NCBI GenBank assembly: GCA_045114455.1
Contig: JBGUKN010000053.1
Coordinates: 1-63,640, forward strand
Direction of reading: 5' to 3'
DNA length: 63,640 nt
From: Victivallales bacterium
Lineage (GTDB): Bacteria; Verrucomicrobiota; Lentisphaeria; Victivallales; UBA1829
Below are positions 21,180-31,115 of the stretch, piece by piece. Position numbers and translations under genes: made by a program. Each line of letters opens with the position of its first letter. The stretch's first letter is position 1. Below the pieces are notes generated by a model. The model was not told the origin of the DNA. It saw only the letters and a program-made list of their open reading frames with translations, and ran no database searches.

Positions 21180-21494
21180 AATATGCGGCCCGAATCGGAA
21201 AAAGATGTAATAATATAGCATGCCGGACGCCGTGAATCAAACGCTTTTTCCAAAAAACGGGGCCCGGTGCGGCAAAAAAAGTCCGACAAAAAAACAATAT
21301 GACGAAAAACCGCCGGAATTGTGCTGTTTTCTCTTTTTTCCTATTTGTAAAAACGGGAAATCATGCTAAATTTTATAGCATCTGCACAGATACGATCCAC
21401 AATTATGCAACACAGCAAACCGGAAGCCCCGGCAAAACGGGAGGATGCTGGATTCGCTGCATACAACCGCATATTTCAGGCATACAGGAATTCT

Positions 21495-24400
21495 ATGAAA
21501 ACACATGAAAAACATCCGGGCGGGAAGCTTTTTTCGCGCGCATTGCACACATTTTTCTTTCTTTTCTGCTTCCTGACGGCGGCAATCCTGTGCTGCTGCG
21601 GCAAAAAGGATGCGGACCAAAAACAGGATTACCTTTCCACACCCGGGGATCTCAACGATTCGAAGTATACGGTCGGCATCGTTTCCGAGACCAGCTCGGG
21701 TTTCGAAGCGAAAAAGGCGTTTCCCCTGGCCCGGTTCCGTGAATACGAGACGATCTCAGACGCATATCCCGATCTGGAAAATGGGCTGATCGACGCCATC
21801 GCATATGACCGTCCTGTTCTGGACTATGCTTCGCGCACCCGCGACGTCTTTGTCGTGATGCCGGGCAATTACGCGGAAGGGCATCTGGCGATCGCGGTAG
21901 CCCCGTCCAAACCCGAGCTTCTTCAGAATGTCAACGCGTTCCTCCGGGAGTATTTCTCTTCCGGGCTGTACGACAACATGTATGCCAGGTGGATTCAGTC
22001 GAGCGCGCCCGAAATGCCGAGGATTCCGACTCCCGCCAATCCCTACGGGAAGCTCGTAGTCGGCACGGAGAACACGAACGAGCCGATGAATTTCACGGAA
22101 TCCGACGGTTCGCCCGCAGGGTTTGACGTCGAACTGATCTACCGTCTTGCGGCCGCATTCAATATGTCGGTCGAGATCAAGGTGATGCCGTACCTTGACC
22201 TTTATGCCGCCGTCGAGAGTGCGGCCGTCGACCTTGCCATCGCATCCATGGACAAATTTGAGGATACGGAACGGAATATCCTATTTTCCGAAGACTACAT
22301 CGACAGTCCGGCAGCCGTCATGACGAGGAAAAGCATCTTCAAGCCCGCCCGGGGCGCCAGGGACATCATAAAATCGCCGCAGGAACTCGCGGGAAGCTAT
22401 GCGGCGATTCTGCCGGGGTCAAAATATGCGACCGAATGCAAGGATCTTCTGCCTCAAACGAAATTCATCCTTGCCGACAGCCGCGAATCGGCCTGTTCCC
22501 TGCTGCTTTCGAACAAGATCGACTCCATTCTCATGGAAGAGCCTCTGGCGCGTTCCTGTACCGCAAAGTACCCGAAAATCCAGATCGCATCGATCATCAA
22601 ACGGGAGTCCTATTCCTTTGCAATGCCGCAGGGATCGCCTCTCTACAGGGCCGTCAACCGGGTCCTGAACGGACTGAAAGATTCCGGCGAGCTCAATAAT
22701 TTCATCGCGAAATGGTGTTCCGCCGAACCGGGAAAACAGGATTTCGAACCGATCATACAGGATGAAAACATACCGCTTGTCAACGGCATTCTGCGCTATG
22801 CGACCACGCCCGGAACGACTCCTCTCTGCTTCATGGGCGAAGACGGATCCATACTCGGACTGGAAATCGAGATCATGCGACGGGCCGCATGCGAATTCGG
22901 AATGGTTTTCCAGGTCATTCCGGCCCCGCGCGACATGCTGCTGGATCTGCTCCGTTCGGGGCAGGTCGACATCGCGGGCGGCATGCTGACGCCGGAATCC
23001 GGAAACATTGAGTCCATTGAGTTTTCCGGGACCTATTATGAGGGAGGAGCGACCCTGGTGACCAATATCCCGCACGACGAATACGTTTTTGGCATCACCA
23101 GACTCAGCCAGCTGAAGGGGAAACGCATCGGCGTCATTCCTTTCTCCTATATTGCCGCCGAAGTGGATGAAAAGCTCCCGGAAGCAATTCCTTTCTACGC
23201 CAATCAGGAACGCGACCTTTTCTATTTGCTCGGCACAGGAAAGATCGATGCGTTTGCCATCAGCGAGCCGCGCGCCCGGGAATTTCTTCCAAACTATCCG
23301 CAGTTCATTCAAATCCAGGATTTCATCACGAATATCGACTACGCATTCTTCTTCCCGGTCGAAAAAAGAAATCTTTGCGAGGCTTTTTCCAGGCAGATCC
23401 GGACTATGAAAAAGAACGGAGCGCTGAAGTCTATCCAGAATGAATGGATGTCGCCCGCAAATGAGAAAGCCGCCCTTCCGCAATCGGAACAGGATGCACC
23501 GAACGGAGTCCTCCGCATGGGCGTTCTGATCAACCGTGAGCCGTTCGCATATGTCCGCAACGAAAAACTCGTCGGCTACGACCTGGAAACGGCGCAGAGG
23601 GCCGCCGCCGCCATGGGATACCTCGTGGAATTCGTCAGGCTGAATCCTGATGAATTCGAACAGGCGATCGTGACCGGCAGAGTCGATTTCGGTGCGACCG
23701 ACATCTCGCCGAAGACCACGTCCTCCGGCAGGCTCGTCTACTCCGAACCGCATTACAACGGCGGGATCATCGCCGTCGTGCCGGACAAGACGAAAGCCCG
23801 TCCGGTTCAAATGTCCCTGATCCCGAAAATCACGTTCTTCCTGAAAGACCAGGCCTACAGCATGCACCGGTCGCTTTGGAAAGACAATCATATGAGGCAG
23901 ATCCTCGGCGGTTTCAAGACCACGCTCATCATCACGGCGTCCGCGGTCTTCTTCGGGACCATTCTCGGGATTCCTCTCTGTATGCTCCGCCGTGCGAGAC
24001 GCAAACGTTACTCAATCCCGGCCAATGTCATCTGCGCTCTGATCTACAACATTCCGATCCTGATTCTCCTCATGGGCGCGCACTATGTCGTGTTCCGCAG
24101 ATTCGGGTTCTCCCCGCTTGTGGCGGTGATCGTCATCTTCATCCTGCGGTTCATGGCCGCCACATGCCGCCTTTATATGATCACCCTGCATCATATCGGC
24201 GGTATCCAGCTGGACGCGGCGCGGACTCTCTGCCTGCGCAGAATGACGTTCTTCCGGCGCGTCATCATCCCGCAGGCGGCGGCATATCTCGCCAAGCCTT
24301 TCCGCGAAGAGATCATCCGGTTGGTGGAGCTGACCACGGTCGTAGGTTACATCTCCGTCTGGGACCTCACAAAAGTGATTTCCTGGATACGCGGACGCAC

Positions 24401-24548
24401 ATATGAATCGTTCTTCCCCATCGCATTCGCCACGCTGCTTTATTTCCTTCTTTCCATCTCCCTGATCGCCGTCATTTCGTTCCTCAGCAAACGACTTGAG
24501 GTTTCTGTTCAGAAACAACAGCCTCTTTCCTCAACTGTGCAGGAATGA
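21495..24548 (+). CDS. Amino-acid ABC transporter: multiple family-3 substrate-binding modules fused to a HisM/GlnP-type permease
   Basis: Signal/lipobox-like ILCCC; three GFDVEL/GLEIEI/GYDLET motifs; C-terminal GFKTTLIIT...QLDAARTL...RVIIPQA permease. Start uncertain (21363/21405/21495). Confidence 0.85.
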   Translation: MKTHEKHPGGKLFSRALHTFFFLFCFLTAAILCCCGKKDADQKQDYLSTPGDLNDSKYTVGIVSETSSGFEAKKAFPLARFREYETISDAYPDLENGLIDAIAYDRPVLDYASRTRDVFVVMPGNYAEGHLAIAVAPSKPELLQNVNAFLREYFSSGLYDNMYARWIQSSAPEMPRIPTPANPYGKLVVGTENTNEPMNFTESDGSPAGFDVELIYRLAAAFNMSVEIKVMPYLDLYAAVESAAVDLAIASMDKFEDTERNILFSEDYIDSPAAVMTRKSIFKPARGARDIIKSPQELAGSYAAILPGSKYATECKDLLPQTKFILADSRESACSLLLSNKIDSILMEEPLARSCTAKYPKIQIASIIKRESYSFAMPQGSPLYRAVNRVLNGLKDSGELNNFIAKWCSAEPGKQDFEPIIQDENIPLVNGILRYATTPGTTPLCFMGEDGSILGLEIEIMRRAACEFGMVFQVIPAPRDMLLDLLRSGQVDIAGGMLTPESGNIESIEFSGTYYEGGATLVTNIPHDEYVFGITRLSQLKGKRIGVIPFSYIAAEVDEKLPEAIPFYANQERDLFYLLGTGKIDAFAISEPRAREFLPNYPQFIQIQDFITNIDYAFFFPVEKRNLCEAFSRQIRTMKKNGALKSIQNEWMSPANEKAALPQSEQDAPNGVLRMGVLINREPFAYVRNEKLVGYDLETAQRAAAAMGYLVEFVRLNPDEFEQAIVTGRVDFGATDISPKTTSSGRLVYSEPHYNGGIIAVVPDKTKARPVQMSLIPKITFFLKDQAYSMHRSLWKDNHMRQILGGFKTTLIITASAVFFGTILGIPLCMLRRARRKRYSIPANVICALIYNIPILILLMGAHYVVFRRFGFSPLVAVIVIFILRFMAATCRLYMITLHHIGGIQLDAARTLCLRRMTFFRRVIIPQAAAYLAKPFREEIIRLVELTTVVGYISVWDLTKVISWIRGRTYESFFPIAFATLLYFLLSISLIAVISFLSKRLEVSVQKQQPLSSTVQE

Positions 24549-24593
24549 CAGTGCAACGGAAACGATCACGCCTGAAAGACTTATGGTGCATCT

Positions 24594-25640
24594 ATGAGAC
24601 CTCGTCAGCCCCGTCAGCCCCGTCCGGGACGGAAACCCTTCCGAAAAACGTTTCAGCATAAGTTCAAACAGCCCCCGGAACGAATTCCCGCGCGGCTCCA
24701 TGTCATTCTGGCACGGAAGGCGGCGAAGGCGGTCATTTTCCGACGCGGACCGTCCGGCTGTGTCTGCACGATCGGCTGGGATCTGGAAACCGACACGTTC
24801 ACCATGGGCCAGTGGCTGAAGGGCCGCACCTACGAATACCGCAGCGACTTGTCGCCCGACGGCGAACTCATGATCTATTTCGCCACGGATTACCGCCACC
24901 CGGACACCATTCAGCAGTACACCGAAAAGCTCCGCGAAGAAAAGTTCGGGCCGCGTCCGGAAAATAACGACGACTTTGAACGGCAGATGCGGGAAATCCG
25001 CCAGGAGCATGAAAGCGAAATCGAGCGTTTCGCCGCCTCCCCGGAAGCCTCCGCGCCGAGCTGGACCGCCATCTCCCGCGCCCCCTATCTGAAGGCGCTC
25101 GACCTGTGGTTCAACGGCACCGCCTGGAACGGCGGCGGGCTCTTCCTCGACGACCGGAAAGTCTGGCTCAACGCCCCCGCGCCCGGGATCGCCACGCTGC
25201 GCCGCGCCCGCTTCGATCTCAATCTCGACGTCTCGCAGGATTTCCCGTTCGAGACATATTTCGGCGGCGAGTGCCCCGGCGTCTACTGCCACCGGCTCGT
25301 CCGCGACGGCTGGACCGCAAAGCATCAGGCGGAAAACTCCATCGTCTACGAGAAGCCGCTCGCGTTCGGATGGGCGCTTCAGAAACTTTTCGCCAGCGGA
25401 ACGCCCCGCAACGGCTGCGGCTGCTACTGGGAACGCCACCGCATCATCAACCCGGAACGCCGCCTGAAGGTCGACGGCACGGGCTGGCGCTGGGCGGACT
25501 ACGACGCACCGCGCAACCGCATTCTTTACGCCAAAAACGGCATCCTCTTCGCACTCCCGGTCGCCGCCGACTTCGGCATGCCGGTCATGCTCAAAAACTT
25601 CAACGACATGAAGTTCGAAGCCGTGAAAGCGCCATATTGA
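24594..25640 (+). CDS. Hypothetical protein (Trp/Gly-rich, possibly beta-propeller-like)
   Basis: 348-aa ORF with host-like codon use; RLHVILAR..AVIFRRGPS..GQWLKGR..SDLSPDG. Confidence 0.7.
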   Translation: MRPRQPRQPRPGRKPFRKTFQHKFKQPPERIPARLHVILARKAAKAVIFRRGPSGCVCTIGWDLETDTFTMGQWLKGRTYEYRSDLSPDGELMIYFATDYRHPDTIQQYTEKLREEKFGPRPENNDDFERQMREIRQEHESEIERFAASPEASAPSWTAISRAPYLKALDLWFNGTAWNGGGLFLDDRKVWLNAPAPGIATLRRARFDLNLDVSQDFPFETYFGGECPGVYCHRLVRDGWTAKHQAENSIVYEKPLAFGWALQKLFASGTPRNGCGCYWERHRIINPERRLKVDGTGWRWADYDAPRNRILYAKNGILFALPVAADFGMPVMLKNFNDMKFEAVKAPY

Positions 25641-25664
25641 ACCTTTTTCCACAGGATTTACAGG

Positions 25665-26120
25665 ATGACCGACCGTTCCGAAGAAGCGAAAAACAATTTC
25701 CTCGCCGGCATGAACTGCGCCCAGGCCGTCCTCTGCGCGTTCCGTGACCTCTGCGGACTCGACCGCGACACCGCCCTGAAGCTGGCCTCCGGGTTCGGCG
25801 GCGGCATCGCCCGCCAGCGCGAAGTCTGCGGCGCGGTCTCCGGCATGTGCATGGCCGCCGACCTGATCCGCGGCCCGGGCGAAGATGCGGACAAAACGGC
25901 GAAAGACGAACACTACGCGTTCATCCGCGGGCTTTGCGACGCCTTTCGCGCCGAAACCGGATCTATCGTCTGCCGCGAACTCCTCGGGCTTGCGCCAAAC
26001 CAGACCGATCCCCCCGTCTCCGAGGCACGTACCGCCGCCTACTACAAAAAACGTCCCTGCGCCGATCTCGTCGAACTCGCCGCGAAGATTTTGTCCGAAA
26101 AACTGCCTGATCGTGCCTGA
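25665..26120 (+). CDS. C_GCAxxG_C_C family putative redox protein
   Basis: NCAQAV, GFGGG, CGAVSG, CRELLG, PC. Confidence 0.88.
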   Translation: MTDRSEEAKNNFLAGMNCAQAVLCAFRDLCGLDRDTALKLASGFGGGIARQREVCGAVSGMCMAADLIRGPGEDADKTAKDEHYAFIRGLCDAFRAETGSIVCRELLGLAPNQTDPPVSEARTAAYYKKRPCADLVELAAKILSEKLPDRA

Positions 26121-26222
26121 GCCGGACGATTCAGGATAACAGAACATCTTCGGATTCCGTTATTTGCGACAGCATTCGTCTGCCGCACTCTTTTTTCAAT
26201 CCCGGAAAGGAACGACTTCGCC

Positions 26223-26933
26223 ATGATGACATGCATTCCCGGAATTCCTGACAGGACCATATGCCTTGTCCTGACTGCCGCCTTCATGGCGGTTCTTCCG
26301 TTCAGCGCCCCCGCGGCGGATTCCCCGGCGGCACAGGAGACTCAGAAAAAAGACGACAAGGCCGCCACTGACCCGGATCACGGCTTCAACGACTTCAATT
26401 CCTGGTTGTCGATGATGAACAATTCCGCAGCGCACTGGGACGAACCGACCGACGGCACAAAGCATCCGCAGATCTACATGACGTCCGGGCACGACTACTC
26501 GTCGCCGGTCATGAACCGACTGGATAAGGGGGAAGAGAAAACCACGATCGGCATTGCCGCCGAGATCGACAAAGAAGCGCTTTTCGAGATCGTCGGGAAC
26601 AAGATCTACTACAGGCCCTTCCGGTCGACTCTTCCAGCGGGCGCTTCCGGGGAGGGAAAGATTATTTCCTTCGAGGGGTATTATCCCTCGAACGTCACGG
26701 TCAACGGAAAACGGTGGACCAATCTGCGCAAAGCATTCGAGCTGGATTTCACCCCGAACCTGAAGACGCTCAACGGAATCGGCATGGAGTCCGGGGACAT
26801 CTCGTTCCTGTGCCGGTGCAGCGACGGCTACGGTCCGGGTCATATCCGGCTGGTGCTGGAGATCAAAAACAAGGGACCGAAACCCGCTCCCGTCCGCATC
26901 GACCTGTCCACCACCGCGCCAGTCCGGAAATAA
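26223..26933 (+). CDS. Secreted hypothetical protein with one copy of an unassigned beta-rich domain
   Basis: Signal peptide ending PAA; motif YPSNVTVNGKRWTNLRKAFELDFTP shared with the 54205-58542 protein. Confidence 0.7.
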   Translation: MMTCIPGIPDRTICLVLTAAFMAVLPFSAPAADSPAAQETQKKDDKAATDPDHGFNDFNSWLSMMNNSAAHWDEPTDGTKHPQIYMTSGHDYSSPVMNRLDKGEEKTTIGIAAEIDKEALFEIVGNKIYYRPFRSTLPAGASGEGKIISFEGYYPSNVTVNGKRWTNLRKAFELDFTPNLKTLNGIGMESGDISFLCRCSDGYGPGHIRLVLEIKNKGPKPAPVRIDLSTTAPVRK

Positions 26934-27148
26934 CGTCCCGCGAATCCATGCTCCGCCTTTGCGGACATGGGACGTTTTTTCCGCCGTTTTGCGGTCCGCG
27001 CTTCCTGCGGTTTTCGGCGGTTCACGCACGCGCCGCGCGCGCGAATAATGACAAAAAAAACTTGAAATCATAAGTTTCGCGTTGTATATTATATAGATAA
27101 AGCTTTTTTTAATTCAATAAGAACCAACGGGAAAGGATCCCCAAAACC

Positions 27149-28333
27149 ATGAAAAAGATCATCATCTCGCTCCTCGTCATCGCCTCGATCGGCATGGCCT
27201 GGTATCTCATCAAGACCTACAAGGAAGAAGCCATCTACAAGAATCCGGCGTTCGCCTCCGGCAACGGCCGTCTTGAAGCGACCGAGATCAATATCGCCGC
27301 CAAGCTCGCGGGCAAGATCGAACAGGTCCTGGTCAACGAAGGCGACTACGTGAAGGCCGGTCAGACGCTCACCCAGATGCAGACCAACACGCTGAACGCC
27401 GAACTCGCACAGGCAAACGCCACCATCAAGGTGAAGGAAGCTGAGCTCGAACAGGCCAAGGCGCAGCTCCAGGTCGAGGAAGCCTCCCTCGCCGCCGCAA
27501 ACGCCGCTCTCGCCGCATCGAAAGCCTCGCTCGCCGCGAAGGTCAGCACGTACAATAATGCGAAGAGCCGTTATGAACGTTCGAAAGAACTGATGGAAAA
27601 GGACGTCGCGTCCCGCCAGACCTTCGAAAACGACGAGGCCATGTTCCAGTCCGCAGGCGCCAACGTCGACTCCGCCAAAGCCGAAATTCAGAGCGCCGAA
27701 GCCGACATCCAGAGCGTCGAAGCCGCGATCATTTCCGACAAGGCCGCCATCGTCAAGGCTGAAGCCGCCATCGCCGCCGCGAAGGCCGATGCCGACCGCA
27801 TCCAGGCCGACATCGACGACAGCACCCTCACCGCTCCGATCGACGGTCGCATCCAGTACCGCATCTCCGAAGTCGGCGAAGTCCTCAGTTCAGGCGGCCG
27901 CGTGCTCAACCTCGTCGACCTCACCGATGTTTATCTGACCTTCTTCGTCCCCGAGGAAACCGCCGGCAAGATCGCGCTCGGCGCGGACGCCCGCATCGTG
28001 CTCGACGCCATGGACGACGTCGCGATCCCCGCCACGATCTCCTACGTCGCCAGCGTGGCGCAGTTCACGCCGAAGACCGTCGAAACCAGAGTCGAACGCG
28101 AAAAACTCATGTTCCGCGTGAAGGCGAAGATCGATCCCGCCCTCCTCAAGCAGTACGTCGAATACGTCAAGACCGGTATCCCGGGCGTCGCCTGGGTCCG
28201 CCTCGACGAAAAGGAGCCCTGGCCGGACTTCCTCAAGACCCCGAAGGAGAAGGGTGAACCCATCCCCGAGCGCGCCGCCAACGCCAAGCCCGCCGACAAA
28301 CCCGCCGAGACGAACGGAACGGCCGCAAAATGA
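27149..28333 (+). CDS. HlyD-family periplasmic adaptor (YhiI-like)
   Basis: FASGNGRLEATE, EGDYVKAGQ, APIDGRIQYR, AQFTPKTVET..EREKLMFRVK. Confidence 0.9.
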   Translation: MKKIIISLLVIASIGMAWYLIKTYKEEAIYKNPAFASGNGRLEATEINIAAKLAGKIEQVLVNEGDYVKAGQTLTQMQTNTLNAELAQANATIKVKEAELEQAKAQLQVEEASLAAANAALAASKASLAAKVSTYNNAKSRYERSKELMEKDVASRQTFENDEAMFQSAGANVDSAKAEIQSAEADIQSVEAAIISDKAAIVKAEAAIAAAKADADRIQADIDDSTLTAPIDGRIQYRISEVGEVLSSGGRVLNLVDLTDVYLTFFVPEETAGKIALGADARIVLDAMDDVAIPATISYVASVAQFTPKTVETRVEREKLMFRVKAKIDPALLKQYVEYVKTGIPGVAWVRLDEKEPWPDFLKTPKEKGEPIPERAANAKPADKPAETNGTAAK

Positions 28334-31113
28334 GCAACTCCCCCTCCAATGAGGGCGTGAACATCGAACCGGTCGTCAGTTTCCGGAACCTGGCCCTGAA
28401 ATACGGCAAGACCCTGGCGCTGGACCATGTCACGCTCGATATCCCCGCGCGCAAGCTGATCGGCATGATCGGCCCGGACGGCGTGGGCAAATCCACGCTG
28501 CTGTCCCTCGTGACCGGGGCGCACGCCATGCAGGAGGGCGATCTGCGCGTCCTCGGCGGCGACATGCGCGACCGGGACCACCGAAACAGGGTGTGCCCGA
28601 AGATCGCGTACATGCCGCAGGGCCTGGGCAAAAACCTGTATTTCACGCTCACGGTCGAGGAAAACCTCCAGTTCTTCGCGCGCCTCTTCGGACACAACGC
28701 CGCCGAGCGCCGCCGCAGAATCGACCGCCTGACCAAAAGCACGGGCCTCTATCCCTTCCTCAACCGTCCGGCGGGCAAGCTCTCCGGCGGCATGAAGCAG
28801 AAGCTCGGCCTCTGCTGCTCCCTGATCCACGACCCCGACCTGCTTGTGCTCGACGAACCGACCACCGGCGTCGACCCGCTCGCACGCCGCCAGTTCTGGG
28901 ACCTGGTCGACTCCATCCGCGAAGCGCAGGAAAATATGAGCGTGATCGTGGCGACCGCGTACATGGACGAGGCCCAGCGGTTCGACTGGCTGATCGCAAT
29001 GAACGACGGCAAGATCCTCGACACGGGCACGCCCGCCGAAATTCTGAAGAAGACCGGCAAGGACAACCTCGACGACGCGTTCATTGAGCTGCTGCCGGAG
29101 GAACAGCGCGCAGGCCACAAGGCGCTGGTCGTGCCTCCGCTCGAGACCACCGAGGCAGACGGCTACTCCATTGAGGCCGAAGGCCTGACCAAGCGCTTCG
29201 GCTCGTTCACAGCTGTCGACCACGTCAGTTTCCGCATCCGCAAGGGCGAAATCTTCGGCTTCCTCGGCTCCAACGGCTGCGGCAAGACCACCACCATGCG
29301 CATGCTGACCGGGCTCCTGCCCGCCACCGAGGGCGTCGCCAAGCTCTTCGGCAACCCCATCGACGGCAGCTCGCTCGAAACCCGCAGGCATCTCGGCTAC
29401 ATGACGCAGCTCTTCTCGCTCTACGGCGATCTGACCGTGCGCCAGAACCTCACGCTCTACGCCCACCTGTACCAGATCCCCGAAGACGAGATTCCCGCAC
29501 GCGTCGACGCCCTGCTGACACGGTTCCAGCTGAAGGAGATCGAGGAGAAACTCCCGAACGATCTCCCGCTCGGCCTGAAGCAGCGCCTCTCCCTCGCCGC
29601 CGCGGTCATCCACGATCCCGAGATCGTGATTCTGGACGAACCGACGTCCGGCGTCGACCCCGTGGCCCGCGACCTCTTCTGGGAGCTCATCATCGAGCTT
29701 TCCAGAAAAGATAAGGTCACGATCTTCATCACGACCCACTTCATGAACGAGGCCGGACGCTGCGACCGCATCTCCCTGATGCACAGCGGACGTTCCCTCG
29801 TCTGCGACACCCCGGCGAACATCGTGGCGCAACGCAACGCCGCCACGCTCGAAGAGGCGTTCATCGGCGTCCTGGAGGATGCCGACCCGGAATCCAACAA
29901 GGCCGCCTCGGAGTCCTGCATCCAGAACGACGCGTCCCCAGAAGAGGAGGCCGTGCAGAAGGACGGATTCCTCGGCTGGCTCAGCTCCAAGTTCAATTTC
30001 CAGCGTTGCTACACCTGCTACTGGCGCGAACAGCTCGAACTCATGCGCGACCCGATCCGCGCCACGCTCGCGCTCTTCGGCGCGCTGATCCTGATGATCG
30101 TCATCGGGTACGGCATCAACATGGACGTGGAGAACCTGTCGTACGCCATCCTCGACAACGACCAGTCCGAAAAGAGCACGAACTACGGTCTGAACCTCTC
30201 CGGCTCGCGGTACTTCGACCAGCATCCGGACGTGAAAAGCCATGAGGAACTGGACAGGCGCATGGCGAACGGCGAACTCAGCGTCGTGGTCGAGTTCCCG
30301 CCCAAGTTCGGCAAGGACGTCGATGACGGCAATTCGCCCGACGTCGCCTTCTGGATCGACGGCGCAAACCCGTCCCGTGCGTCGACCATCAACGGTTATG
30401 CGTCGCTGATCCACAATGACTGGCTGAACTCTCTCGCACAGTATTCGCCCGACGGTTCGGGCGCGGACCAGATCTCCGTCCAGACGCGCTACCGGTACAA
30501 CCCGGACGTGGCGAGTTTGCCCGCCATGGTCCCCGCGACCATCCCGATCCTGCTGATGATGATCCCGGCCATCCTGGCCGCGCTGTCCGTCGTCCGCGAG
30601 AAGGAGATGGGCTCCATCACCAACCTGTACGTAACGCCGCTCACCCGGACGGAGTTCCTGCTCGGCAAGCAGTTCCCGTACCTGATCTTCTCCATGCTCA
30701 GCGCGTTCCTGCTGATCGTGATGGCCGTCACCATCTTCGACGTCCCGATCAAGGGCAGCTTCCTGACGCTGCTCGTTTCGCTGCTCGTCTACTGCATGGT
30801 CTCCACGGGCTTCGGCCTGCTGGCGTCCTCCGTGACGCGCAGCCAGATCGCCGTGATCTTCCTCACCATGCTCGCCACGATGCTCCCCTCGATCCAGCTC
30901 TGCGGCCTGACCAACCCGGTCGAAACGCAGAAGGGCGCCGCGCTTATCATCGGCAAAATCTACCCCGCCACGCACATGCTCCTGATCAGCCGCGGCGTCT
31001 TCAACAAGGCGCTCGGCTTCGCGGACCTGCACCATGAGTTCATGATCCTGGTCATTACGGTCCCGATCATTCTCGGCCTCGGCGTCCTCTGCCTGAAAAA
31101 ACAGGAGTCCTGA
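28330..31113 (+). CDS. rbbA: Ribosome-associated ATPase / ABC-2 transporter RbbA-like (two NBDs + permease)
   Basis: GPDGVGKST, YMPQGLGKNLY, LSGGMKQK, GSNGCGKTT, DEPTSGVDP, VREKEMGSITN. Confidence 0.9.
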   Translation: MSNSPSNEGVNIEPVVSFRNLALKYGKTLALDHVTLDIPARKLIGMIGPDGVGKSTLLSLVTGAHAMQEGDLRVLGGDMRDRDHRNRVCPKIAYMPQGLGKNLYFTLTVEENLQFFARLFGHNAAERRRRIDRLTKSTGLYPFLNRPAGKLSGGMKQKLGLCCSLIHDPDLLVLDEPTTGVDPLARRQFWDLVDSIREAQENMSVIVATAYMDEAQRFDWLIAMNDGKILDTGTPAEILKKTGKDNLDDAFIELLPEEQRAGHKALVVPPLETTEADGYSIEAEGLTKRFGSFTAVDHVSFRIRKGEIFGFLGSNGCGKTTTMRMLTGLLPATEGVAKLFGNPIDGSSLETRRHLGYMTQLFSLYGDLTVRQNLTLYAHLYQIPEDEIPARVDALLTRFQLKEIEEKLPNDLPLGLKQRLSLAAAVIHDPEIVILDEPTSGVDPVARDLFWELIIELSRKDKVTIFITTHFMNEAGRCDRISLMHSGRSLVCDTPANIVAQRNAATLEEAFIGVLEDADPESNKAASESCIQNDASPEEEAVQKDGFLGWLSSKFNFQRCYTCYWREQLELMRDPIRATLALFGALILMIVIGYGINMDVENLSYAILDNDQSEKSTNYGLNLSGSRYFDQHPDVKSHEELDRRMANGELSVVVEFPPKFGKDVDDGNSPDVAFWIDGANPSRASTINGYASLIHNDWLNSLAQYSPDGSGADQISVQTRYRYNPDVASLPAMVPATIPILLMMIPAILAALSVVREKEMGSITNLYVTPLTRTEFLLGKQFPYLIFSMLSAFLLIVMAVTIFDVPIKGSFLTLLVSLLVYCMVSTGFGLLASSVTRSQIAVIFLTMLATMLPSIQLCGLTNPVETQKGAALIIGKIYPATHMLLISRGVFNKALGFADLHHEFMILVITVPIILGLGVLCLKKQES

Positions 31114-31115
31114 CC

